A stretch of DNA of 56,329 bases, from positions 1 to 56,329 of the forward strand of contig JAJFUT010000057.1 in the NCBI GenBank assembly GCA_021372315.1, given 5' to 3'. The translations under genes and the position numbers were made by a program. Of this stretch, positions 25,622 to 33,365 are shown piece after piece. Under the pieces are notes generated by a model. It had not been told where the DNA came from and searched no databases. It saw only the letters and a program-made list of their open reading frames with translations. The DNA comes from Methanobacteriota archaeon. GTDB taxonomy: Archaea > Thermoplasmatota > Thermoplasmata > Methanomassiliicoccales > UBA472. How positions within the stretch are numbered: position 1 is the stretch's first letter; every line of letters begins with the position of its first letter.

Positions 25622-26224
25622 TTAGGCCCACTTCTTTATCTTCATGACGATCTCGTCGAGCTTCGCCTGCGATATCGTCGTCCCTCTGACCACGCCGGTG
25701 ATTATCTCCTTGATCTCACCCTTCGTGCCGACGTTGCCCTTCTTTGGCATGACCACGCGCGTCTTGACGCCGATCTTCGCGAAATCCTCGAAATCGACAG
25801 GGGCCTGGCAGACGATGATCGCGGGCATGTCGACGTTCCTGAGGATGAGCCTGGCCTTGTAGGTGATGTGGTTCTTGACGTTGCCCAGATGGATGAGCAC
25901 GACCTTGAACTGCTGTATCCTGTCGATCTCGATCTGGTCGAGCCCGAACAGCGAGCTTGTCGATACGTCCGGCGCGTCGGCCGGGACTCCCGAGCCTGCG
26001 TTGATGACGATGACGGACGTCTCGATGCCCTGCTCTCTCAGCTCGTAGGTGATCTCGCAGACGGGCTTGGTGATGTGCCTCTTCCCAGGGCCCATCGCGA
26101 CTGCGACGACCTGCCTTCCGGACTCGGATATCGTTGCCTTCTGTGCCAGTGATCCGCCGACGCCCAGTCCCCTGGACTCCCTGCACTCGACGAAACGGGT
26201 CTTACGGCCGATGCTTTCCTTCAC
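25622..26224 (-). CDS. mcrC: methyl-coenzyme M reductase operon protein C
   Basis: 200 aa. Contains [27 protein letters not shown] and [23 protein letters not shown] overlap with atwA. Confidence 0.9.
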   Translation of the reverse strand: MKESIGRKTRFVECRESRGLGVGGSLAQKATISESGRQVVAVAMGPGKRHITKPVCEITYELREQGIETSVIVINAGSGVPADAPDVSTSSLFGLDQIEIDRIQQFKVVLIHLGNVKNHITYKARLILRNVDMPAIIVCQAPVDFEDFAKIGVKTRVVMPKKGNVGTKGEIKEIITGVVRGTTISQAKLDEIVMKIKKWA

Positions 26225-27867
26225 TCGTTCCCCTCGCTGTCAGCCTGTTCGCTGCACGATGCGTACTCCGCGAGCTCTCCTTCGGTCAGGGTGGCAACGA
26301 TCTCCTTCGGAGACCCTGATGCGATGACCTTGCCTCCCTTCATGAGCGCCACGCGGTCGCAGCAGTCAAGCACGAAGTCCATGTCGTGAGAGACTATAAT
26401 AAATGTCTCGTTGAGCTCCTTCCTCGCCATGAGGACCGACCTGGAGACCGAGTTCTTCGTGATCGGGTCCATTGTGCCCGTAGGCTCGTCCAGCAGGATT
26501 ATCCTCGGCTCTTGGATGAGGACGCGGGCCAGTGCGATCCTCTGCTTCTCGCCCACCGATAGGTTGTCAGGGTACGCATAGAGCATCCTGTCGACCTCCT
26601 TCGAGGTGAACCCTATTCCAAGCAGGACCTGGATCGCCTTCATCTTGGCGAGCTCCGCCGGGAGCTTCATTCCGATGCAGATCGTCAGGTTCTGGAGCAC
26701 CGTGTTGAACGGATAGAGCGAATACTCCTGGTGCAGCATGCCGATGTAGGGCGTCGCCCTGCCCCTACCGAACTCGCCCATCTCGGACATGTTGATCCAT
26801 TCGTCGCCTATCCTGACGCTGACCATGCCTCCGGTCGCAGGAGTTATGCCCGATATCATCCTCGACATCGTCGTCTTCCCCGCGCCAGAAAGACCGACGA
26901 GCCCAAAGATCTCCTTCTCATTTACATCGAAGGAGACGTCGTCGACCGCCTTCACCACCCCCCTCATGATCGAATAATAATACTTCTTCGCGTTCTCGAC
27001 GCGGATGATGGGTTGGCCGACCTCGACGTTCATCATCTCCTCGGTCTTTTTGAAACAGACCTCGAACTCCTTCGTGACCTCCTTCGGCAGACCCTTCTTC
27101 ATGACCTCTCCGGACTCGAGCCAGAGGGCCTTGTCCGCGAGCCTGTTGATGGCCTTGGGCCAGTGAGATGAGACGACCATCGACATGCTGTTCTTCTTGA
27201 CGGCGTCGATCAGAGCCTTGTGGACCATCTCCGCCGTCTGCGGGTCGAGGGTGCCCGTCGGCTCATCCGCCAGGAACAGTATCGGCTCCTTGGCCAGCTG
27301 CCTCGCGAGGACCACCCTTTGCTTCTCTCCACCGGACAGGTCCCTTGCTATATGCATCGTCCTATGCTCCAGGTTGACGAGCTTCAGGAGCTCGATGGCC
27401 CTTGACACCTTCTCATTGTCGACCATCGTCGGAGGGAATGCCTCGAAAAGGTTCTCGATGACGCTGCTGTCGCCGTAAAGGGCGAACGTCCTCTGCAACA
27501 TGATGGCTATCCTTTCCTTCATCATCATGCGCAAGGGATCCCTCTCCGGGAGGTTCCAAAAGTCGATCTCCTTGATCGTCGTGGGCGAACCGCACTTGAC
27601 GCAGCTCGCGCCCTTCTTCGGAACGTCGATCCTCCCGCACTTCTGGCAATGGTTGACCCTGTAGATGATCCGACCTTTGTCCGGCTTATAATCGTTGCTG
27701 CCCCTAAGAATATGGATGAGCACCGACTTGCCAGCCCCGCTTCGGCCAATGAGGCCTAGCGTCTGTCCTGGGGTCAAGGTCGCGCTGATGTCCCTGAGGA
27801 CCAAATCACCATTGAAGCTTTTGCTGATGTTGTCGATTGTGACGAAAACTTCACTGTCCTCAGGCAT
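26221..27867 (-). CDS. atwA: methyl-coenzyme M reductase system component A2 (double-NBD ABC ATPase)
   Basis: 548 aa. Two Walker A motifs ([16 protein letters not shown]), two signature/Walker B sets ([32 protein letters not shown]), and a zinc-ribbon insert CQKCG..CVKCG. Confidence 0.9.
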   Translation of the reverse strand: MPEDSEVFVTIDNISKSFNGDLVLRDISATLTPGQTLGLIGRSGAGKSVLIHILRGSNDYKPDKGRIIYRVNHCQKCGRIDVPKKGASCVKCGSPTTIKEIDFWNLPERDPLRMMMKERIAIMLQRTFALYGDSSVIENLFEAFPPTMVDNEKVSRAIELLKLVNLEHRTMHIARDLSGGEKQRVVLARQLAKEPILFLADEPTGTLDPQTAEMVHKALIDAVKKNSMSMVVSSHWPKAINRLADKALWLESGEVMKKGLPKEVTKEFEVCFKKTEEMMNVEVGQPIIRVENAKKYYYSIMRGVVKAVDDVSFDVNEKEIFGLVGLSGAGKTTMSRMISGITPATGGMVSVRIGDEWINMSEMGEFGRGRATPYIGMLHQEYSLYPFNTVLQNLTICIGMKLPAELAKMKAIQVLLGIGFTSKEVDRMLYAYPDNLSVGEKQRIALARVLIQEPRIILLDEPTGTMDPITKNSVSRSVLMARKELNETFIIVSHDMDFVLDCCDRVALMKGGKVIASGSPKEIVATLTEGELAEYASCSEQADSEGNE

Positions 27868-27997
27868 GAGTGGCTTAAATGGATAAAGTAGTAATATACT
27901 TTTCTATACCCCGTTAATACCTGTTACCCAGATAATTCAAATATTGTTAAGCAAGACTTCACAATCTTTATATGGATGGATTATATATCCAGCGACA

Positions 27998-28960
27998 ATG
28001 AGCATGGCGTTCAATTCTTACTTTGCTGGCGGGCCTACGCCAAAGTACACGATGTACCACATATGGAAGGCCTACCAGGTCATCGACAAGCAAGGGCCGA
28101 TCGGAAGGAAGGCCTTGGCGGACGCATTGCAGATAGGCGAGGGTTCCATCCGTACCATCATCGACAAGATGTCCCGGGAAGGGAGCATCGAGAACACGAG
28201 GATGGGAACGATCATCACGGAGAGGGGCCGGAAAAGGTACGAGAACTCCGGGATATTGGTCGCGGAGGTCGACCTTCAGGACCTGACGCTCGGCAAGCAT
28301 AACTGCGCCGTCATGGTCAAGGGCATGGGGTTCAAGGTCAAGATGGGCTGCGAACAGAGGGACGAGGCCGTACGGTCGGGCGCGGTGGGTGCGACGACCC
28401 TGATAGTGAAGGACGGCAACATGGTCTTCCCAGGGGACGAGGACTTCCCCGAGCAATCGCAGGTGGCACCTCTTCGCAACGTTTTCAAGATCGAGGACGG
28501 GGACGTCATCATCATAGGCACAGCTTTCAGCTATGACGCTGCGGAGAAAGGAGCGGTCACCGCAGCATTGGCGCTCAACAACCAATCGAGGAGATGCTGG
28601 ACCGAGGGCACGACCTTGCTTTCGCAGGATACCGAGGCGGACGACCTCAAGTGCCTCTGCCTCGCGATCCACGAGCTTCTCAACAGGACGCCTGTAACCA
28701 TGAGGAGCAGGAACAGGCACGGGGTCAGGTGCGAGGACGGGGAGGTCGTCGACACCAACTTCACCGGTCCTATGCTCGAGGAGACGCTCAGGAAAGGCCA
28801 GATTCTCCGCAAGACCGCGAGCACTGGCCCTTTCAGGGGCATGCCGGTCGTCGTGGTCCCGATCATGAGGAAGAAGGAGACCATCGCGGTCATCGGGACG
28901 CTTGACATAAGCAAGGCGCCTGTCTACGAGATGATGTCCAAGAAGAAGGACAAGGTCTGA
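27998..28960 (+). CDS. winged-HTH protein with uncharacterised C-terminal domains (methanogen-type DUF, possibly DUF4443/DUF2111-like)
   Basis: I prefer the ATG at 27998 (MSMAFNS), about 25 nt after the TATA-like CTTTATATGG, which suggests a leaderless transcript. N-terminus reads GPIGRKALADALQIGEGSIRTIIDKMSREG. Divergent from atwA. The family name is tentative. Confidence 0.55.
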   Translation: MSMAFNSYFAGGPTPKYTMYHIWKAYQVIDKQGPIGRKALADALQIGEGSIRTIIDKMSREGSIENTRMGTIITERGRKRYENSGILVAEVDLQDLTLGKHNCAVMVKGMGFKVKMGCEQRDEAVRSGAVGATTLIVKDGNMVFPGDEDFPEQSQVAPLRNVFKIEDGDVIIIGTAFSYDAAEKGAVTAALALNNQSRRCWTEGTTLLSQDTEADDLKCLCLAIHELLNRTPVTMRSRNRHGVRCEDGEVVDTNFTGPMLEETLRKGQILRKTASTGPFRGMPVVVVPIMRKKETIAVIGTLDISKAPVYEMMSKKKDKV

Positions 28961-28962
28961 CA

Positions 28963-29079
28963 TCAGGTGAAGTAATAGTACCCGACCCAGAACCACAAAA
29001 TGGCTATGGTCGCCCAGATGATCGTCATCAAGACCGCTACGCCGATCTTGTTCCTGAGCACCCAACCACCAAAGCTCAT
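28963..29079 (-). CDS. possible 38-aa membrane peptide
   Basis: MSFGGWVLRNKIGVAVLMTIIWATIAILWFWVGYYYFT contains one hydrophobic helix. The RBS is weak, so this may be spurious. Confidence 0.2.
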   Translation of the reverse strand: MSFGGWVLRNKIGVAVLMTIIWATIAILWFWVGYYYFT

Positions 29080-29160
29080 AGTCCCTGAAGTGAGGCTATG
29101 CGATTAAAATGTTCTCGGCACCTCATAAAACGAATCGTCGGTTCATTGAATTTCTTTTTT

Positions 29161-29185
29161 TTCTGATAGTTCTGATTAATCAGAA
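29161..29185. promoter_or_regulatory. perfect 16-bp palindrome plus an upstream half-site, candidate operator of the abrB-hgcAB unit
   Basis: TTCTGATTAATCAGAA at 29170-29185, preceded by the direct half-site TTCTGAT at 29161-29167. It lies 34 nt upstream of the ATG at 29219. Confidence 0.4.
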
Positions 29186-29218
29186 AGATTATCTACCCTT
29201 TGGAACATTCTGTCGTTC

Positions 29219-29443
29219 ATGGAAGAGGAACGCTGCTGCAGCCCTATGAACTACAGCGTCGAGGGCATTGCGACGATCGATGATAGAGGCCAGATGGTCA
29301 TCCCGAAGCATGTGAGGCAGGCTGCTGGGATCGAGCCAGGGGACCGGCTCGCGATCGCGATCGGTAAGAGGGACGGCAGGGTCTGCTGCTTGCAATTGAT
29401 CAAGATCACAGAGATCGATAGGAAGGTCGGGGAGATGGTCTGA
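29219..29443 (+). CDS. AbrB/MazE/SpoVT-type DNA-binding protein with vicinal cysteines
   Basis: 74 aa. GIATIDDRGQMVIPKHVRQAAGIEPGDRLAIAI is a swapped-hairpin AbrB-like motif. CC pairs at residues 6-7 and 56-57. An alternative start is M10 (29246). Confidence 0.7.
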   Translation: MEEERCCSPMNYSVEGIATIDDRGQMVIPKHVRQAAGIEPGDRLAIAIGKRDGRVCCLQLIKITEIDRKVGEMV

Positions 29444-29455
29444 GGAGGTCCATAC

Positions 29456-30442
29456 ATGGCTGAGATGATGAGGACCGACTCGGTGATGACATCCAAGGAC
29501 AAGAGAGAACATGTTCAGATCAGGATCGGATACCACCGCATGGACCACAAGGTCGATCCGGGACTTTATTTGATCGGCGTCCCTTCGGCGGCATCTCCAG
29601 TGTTCGTTACTTCGAATTACAAGCTTAGCTTCGACGCTCTGCGCACGAGCCTGAACGGCTTCGACGCATACGTTCTGGTCCTAGACACGAAGGGTATCAA
29701 CGTCTGGTGCGCGGCCGGCAAGGGCACGTTCGGAACTGACGAGCTTGTCGGCAGGATCGAGAGCTCTGGCCTGAAGGATGTCGTCTCCCACAGGGAGGTC
29801 ATCCTCCCGCAACTTGGTGCTCCGGGCGTCGCCGCCCATGAGGTCAAGCGCCGGACTGGATTCCAGGTCATCTACGGCCCGGTGAGGGCATTGGACATCA
29901 AGGAGTTCATGGACGCAGGAAAGAAGGCCTCGAAGGAGATGAGGAGGGTGCGGTTCCCTCTGAAAGATAGGCTCGTCCTTGCCCCGGTGGAGATGAAGAA
30001 CTTCGTTCTCTACGCCCTGCTGTTCTCGATCATCGGTTTCCTGATAGCTGGCGCGTTCGGACTGGCGGTCGTGTTCGGGATCTACTTCGCAGGGCTGTTA
30101 CTGTTCCCGTTGCTGCTCCCATACCTTCCATCGAAGGATTTCACGATGAAGGGCATGTTCCTCGGAGGGCTGATATCCATCCCGCTCGTCGCAGCGACGC
30201 TTTGCCTGTGGAAGGACATGGATCCGATCGAGGTCGCCTCTTTCGACGCCTCGATAGTCCTGATGTGCGTTTCGGTCGTAGGATATCTTGGTCTCAACTG
30301 GACGGGTTGCACCCCTTACCCTTCAAGGACGGGCGTCAGAAGGGAGATATACCGCTACATACCGATCATAGCGGCGATGGCTGTCGCGGCGACGGTGCTC
30401 GCCTTGGTCGCGGGCCTGTTCGACATGGGGGCCTGGTTCTGA
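29456..30442 (+). CDS. hgcA: mercury methylation corrinoid protein HgcA
   Basis: 328 aa. Cap-helix signature GINVWCAAGKGTFGT, flanking SPVFVTSNYKLSFDALR and ILPQLGAPGV, and a C-terminal multi-helix membrane domain. Confidence 0.9.
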   Translation: MAEMMRTDSVMTSKDKREHVQIRIGYHRMDHKVDPGLYLIGVPSAASPVFVTSNYKLSFDALRTSLNGFDAYVLVLDTKGINVWCAAGKGTFGTDELVGRIESSGLKDVVSHREVILPQLGAPGVAAHEVKRRTGFQVIYGPVRALDIKEFMDAGKKASKEMRRVRFPLKDRLVLAPVEMKNFVLYALLFSIIGFLIAGAFGLAVVFGIYFAGLLLFPLLLPYLPSKDFTMKGMFLGGLISIPLVAATLCLWKDMDPIEVASFDASIVLMCVSVVGYLGLNWTGCTPYPSRTGVRREIYRYIPIIAAMAVAATVLALVAGLFDMGAWF

Positions 30443-30747
30443 TGGCAGGAGAATGTTCTTGCCAAGGCGCGCCGAGCGACGCGGTCAACACGCTCCAGTA
30501 CGACATGAATAGGTGCGTGAACTGCGGGAGGTGCTCCCAGGTGTGCCCTCACGGCGTGTTCGCTCCCGGAGATTTCAAGGCGCAGCTCGTGAACTACGAG
30601 GCATGCATGGAGTGCGGGGCGTGCATGGTCAATTGCCCCGTCAACGCCATCAAGGTCGAGAGCGGTGTAGGGTGCGCGAACGCGATGATAAAGTCGGCAC
30701 TGCTAGGGAGGAAGGAGGTCATCTGCGGCGACGATTGCTGCAAGTGA
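30442..30747 (+). CDS. hgcB: mercury methylation ferredoxin HgcB
   Basis: 101 aa. Its ATG overlaps the hgcA stop (TGATG). Two 4Fe-4S motifs (CVNCGRCSQVCP, CMECGACMVNCP) and a C-terminal vicinal pair (CGDDCCK). Confidence 0.9.
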   Translation: MAGECSCQGAPSDAVNTLQYDMNRCVNCGRCSQVCPHGVFAPGDFKAQLVNYEACMECGACMVNCPVNAIKVESGVGCANAMIKSALLGRKEVICGDDCCK

Positions 30748-30811
30748 TCGCACCAGTTCTTCGCAAGCGCATCAGAAAACATTAAGGGAGCGATGCTCCG
30801 ATTCCTTCCGC

Positions 30812-31135
30812 ATGAGCGACGATGTCGTATTGATGGTCGACCCTGGCGCATGCCGCTTCAAAGGATCCGTCAAGGCAAGTTTCGACGGGGAGAAGGTGTC
30901 GATAGAGATCGAGTCCGACTGCCCGTACGTGAAGAGACTGAACGACCAGCTCGAGAACATGACCATCGAGGAGATCATCAAGATGCCGTTCGGGGAGAAC
31001 AAGGCATACGTCCTAGGCGGCCGGTTGCTGAAGCATTCCGTCTGTCCTTATCCGATGTCGGTGCTCAAGTGCGCCGAGCACGCCGCTGGCTTCGCTTTGG
31101 CAAAGGACATCCATATGGAATACAAAAGGGATTGA
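30812..31135 (+). CDS. small 4-Cys protein, hypothetical, directly downstream of hgcB
   Basis: 107 aa. Cys residues fall in the contexts GACRF, SDCPYV, SVCPYP and LKCAE. Same strand as hgcB, 64 nt after it. Confidence 0.5.
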   Translation: MSDDVVLMVDPGACRFKGSVKASFDGEKVSIEIESDCPYVKRLNDQLENMTIEEIIKMPFGENKAYVLGGRLLKHSVCPYPMSVLKCAEHAAGFALAKDIHMEYKRD

Positions 31136-31138
31136 GGT

Positions 31139-31444
31139 TCATTCCCTCGGTTTGTCCGAGATGAGATCGTCGATCTTGTCCGTCCAGATCGCCGCCTGAG
31201 GTCCAGCGAGGTACATCGCGACGAGCATTGCCTCCCTGATCTCGTCCTTCGTTGCGCCGAGCTCCAGCGCCTTCTTGGCGTGGACGTCGAGGCATTCCTC
31301 GCATTTGAGCACCGAGACGACCGCCACGGCGATGAGCTCCTTCTCCTTCGTGGTCAGGCTCCCGTCCTTGAATATCGTGTTGCGATACCTGTACAGCGCG
31401 GAGATGACTTCAGGTTGCTCCTTCATGATCTGATTGAGGCTCAT
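31139..31444 (-). CDS. carboxymuconolactone decarboxylase / AhpD-like family protein
   Basis: 101 aa. Contains LTTKEKELIAVAVVSVLKCEECLDVH, with a CxxC motif. Confidence 0.85.
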   Translation of the reverse strand: MSLNQIMKEQPEVISALYRYRNTIFKDGSLTTKEKELIAVAVVSVLKCEECLDVHAKKALELGATKDEIREAMLVAMYLAGPQAAIWTDKIDDLISDKPRE

Positions 31445-31551
31445 GAGGGATGCGAGCGACCGAACACGATTTTAATGTTTTCAAACCATCGTCCGAGAAA
31501 TCGTGTAAAAGATTTGAAATACGCTTTCGTACCGTATGTATCTGGGATATC

Positions 31552-32136
31552 ATGATTGAACTCAACGATCTTTACCATAAGGAAGTTCTAAGCGCGAACG
31601 CAAAGCTTATCGGCGTCGTGGATGACGTGGCACTAGACTTGACCAACTGGAAGGTGCCCGCGATTGGCATCAAGATCAACAAGGGGAACGAGCTATTCCT
31701 GAACAAGAAGAAAAAGTTCGTCGGTCTGCAGGTCGCGATGGTGAAGGTCGAAGCGATAAGGTCCATAAAGGACATGGTCACCTTGAACGTCGAGATGGAG
31801 AACATGGGCGGCACCGTCCTTGAGGACTTCAAGGCCCAGAACACGCTCGAGGACCAGATCGGCAAGAGAGTTCTAGACAAGTCGGGAAGGGAGATAGGCA
31901 CCGTTTCTAGTTTCCAGATAGACAATGAGAACAACTGGTCCGTCCCCATGTTCATGGTCACCGTCGAGAAGACGGTCGTCCCGGAGATCGGGATCAAGAA
32001 GAAGCTCGGTCAGAAGCCCATCATCAAGCTCAGGACGTCTGACATCAAGAACAACGCGGACGTCATGCTGCTGGCATTAGACGTCGCGGGCATCAAGGAC
32101 TTCCTAGAGAAGAAGCCGGTGTCCCGCGTCAACTGA
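31552..32136 (+). CDS. PRC-barrel domain protein (two barrels)
   Basis: Start trimmed to MIELNDLYHKEV (194 aa). The K.IGVVDDV..D..NW.V and G.EIGTVSSFQID..NWSV repeats are PRC-like. Confidence 0.65.
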   Translation: MIELNDLYHKEVLSANAKLIGVVDDVALDLTNWKVPAIGIKINKGNELFLNKKKKFVGLQVAMVKVEAIRSIKDMVTLNVEMENMGGTVLEDFKAQNTLEDQIGKRVLDKSGREIGTVSSFQIDNENNWSVPMFMVTVEKTVVPEIGIKKKLGQKPIIKLRTSDIKNNADVMLLALDVAGIKDFLEKKPVSRVN

Positions 32137-32213
32137 GCGCCCACGCACGATGCTGGATGGATGTTGGATGGACAGGTAACAATTATTAAGTCCGAACCCG
32201 TTCACCGCCTTCG

Positions 32214-32762
32214 ATGTCATCCTTAGACTCTGCAGTGGACATCATCCAGGGAATGAAGGGCACGCTCAAGGTGTTCCCCCTCGACGCCGAGACGAGAGAG
32301 GGCATCCTGAAGGTCGAGAGGTGCATCAAATCCCAGATGGGGATGGAGGTCAAGAACGAAGGTGTGGAGCAGTGCATGCAGAGGAAGCATGTCCTGTGCA
32401 TCTTGAAGAACGGCGCTTTCAGGCCACCACCTGAAGCGACCGTGCTGCTCATCGCTGACGATGGTAAGATCGTAGGCACCGAGGTCATCCCCGGAGAGAA
32501 GGAAAAGTACAGCAAGGATGACGACAGCCTTATGTGGCTATGTGAGGACTTCGTCATCTTTATGAATGTCAAGCCGGAGAAGAAGGAGTTCTTCTATATG
32601 CCGCCGGTCTCGTTCCCTGAGCTGAATGACATTTCCGGCATCTCGGACGTCGTCTCATGCTCGCCCTCGCCGCTCGGCGACCTTGTTGTCAAGAACAGGT
32701 ACGGGATCGAGGACGACCCGAAGAACGCGACGATATTCGTCGGCTTCAACGCATCTGACTGA
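32214..32762 (+). CDS. conserved hypothetical protein, paralog B (see 25001..25582)
   Basis: 182 aa. Shares N- and C-terminal blocks with paralog A. Followed by a T8 run at about 32779-32787. Confidence 0.6.
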   Translation: MSSLDSAVDIIQGMKGTLKVFPLDAETREGILKVERCIKSQMGMEVKNEGVEQCMQRKHVLCILKNGAFRPPPEATVLLIADDGKIVGTEVIPGEKEKYSKDDDSLMWLCEDFVIFMNVKPEKKEFFYMPPVSFPELNDISGISDVVSCSPSPLGDLVVKNRYGIEDDPKNATIFVGFNASD

Positions 32763-33050
32763 AACTCCTTTCGCCTCGTTTTTTTTAATATGCGGTCTTC
32801 CTCGGGCGAAACCCTAGATGTTGAATCGGTCCTATGCCATGTCCGAAAGAAAGATCGACATGATCCAAATGACCTCCGATGATGCGATCTGGCATCTCGA
32901 TAAGTGATCTTTCGATGTTTTTCCCACGGGTCGAAAGCGCGTCGACATTCGATCAAAGGACCGAGCGGTCTTGTCAGGCAACGCTCAGCGGATACGACGA
33001 TCGGTCCGATGACGAACATGCAGAAGAACAGGGTCTGGAAAATCTAATGG

Positions 33051-33058
33051 AAAAAAAA
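33051..33058 (-). terminator. oligo-T terminator of the mcr transcription unit
   Basis: A T8 run on the minus strand, about 25 nt after the stop of the last ORF in the unit. Confidence 0.4.
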
Positions 33059-33082
33059 GAAAGATGTTTAAAGGGTTTGTTC

Positions 33083-33355
33083 TCAGCCCCCGCCACCACC
33101 GGTGGCGAATGCGTGACGTTCCGCCTTCATGAGCTCGTCCTTCATCTGTTCGATCTGTTCTAAGGAGAGCCCTGTAGCGCGGTCCTTGACCGAGGTCGCC
33201 TTGTACTCGTTCTCCGAGGAATTCTCGAGGAAGTCGGACCTGTACACGAGTTGGTTGTCGAGCTCTATCCACTCGACACCTGACTCGACGTACTTGTCGA
33301 CGACCTTCCCGATGGTCCCGGTGTTCTTGTACCTGGCGAAGTCCCCGATCTCCAT
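33083..33355 (-). CDS. small conserved-looking protein trailing mcrA, with a Gly5 C-terminus
   Basis: 90 aa from MEIGDFARYKNTGTIGKV. GGTGGT lies 5 nt upstream of the ATG, and the gene starts 10 nt after the mcrA stop. It ends in ATGGGGG. The ORF-track N-terminal extension overlaps mcrA. Confidence 0.55.
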   Translation of the reverse strand: MEIGDFARYKNTGTIGKVVDKYVESGVEWIELDNQLVYRSDFLENSSENEYKATSVKDRATGLSLEQIEQMKDELMKAERHAFATGGGGG

Positions 33356-33365
33356 CTGGACCACC

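Noticed and set aside
27968-29065. 365-aa minus-strand ORF opposite the wHTH gene
   Set aside because: It is Arg/Leu/Asp/His-rich with no motifs, typical of antisense frames in GC-rich coding DNA. The plus-strand frame has a recognisable wHTH and sensible promoter geometry.
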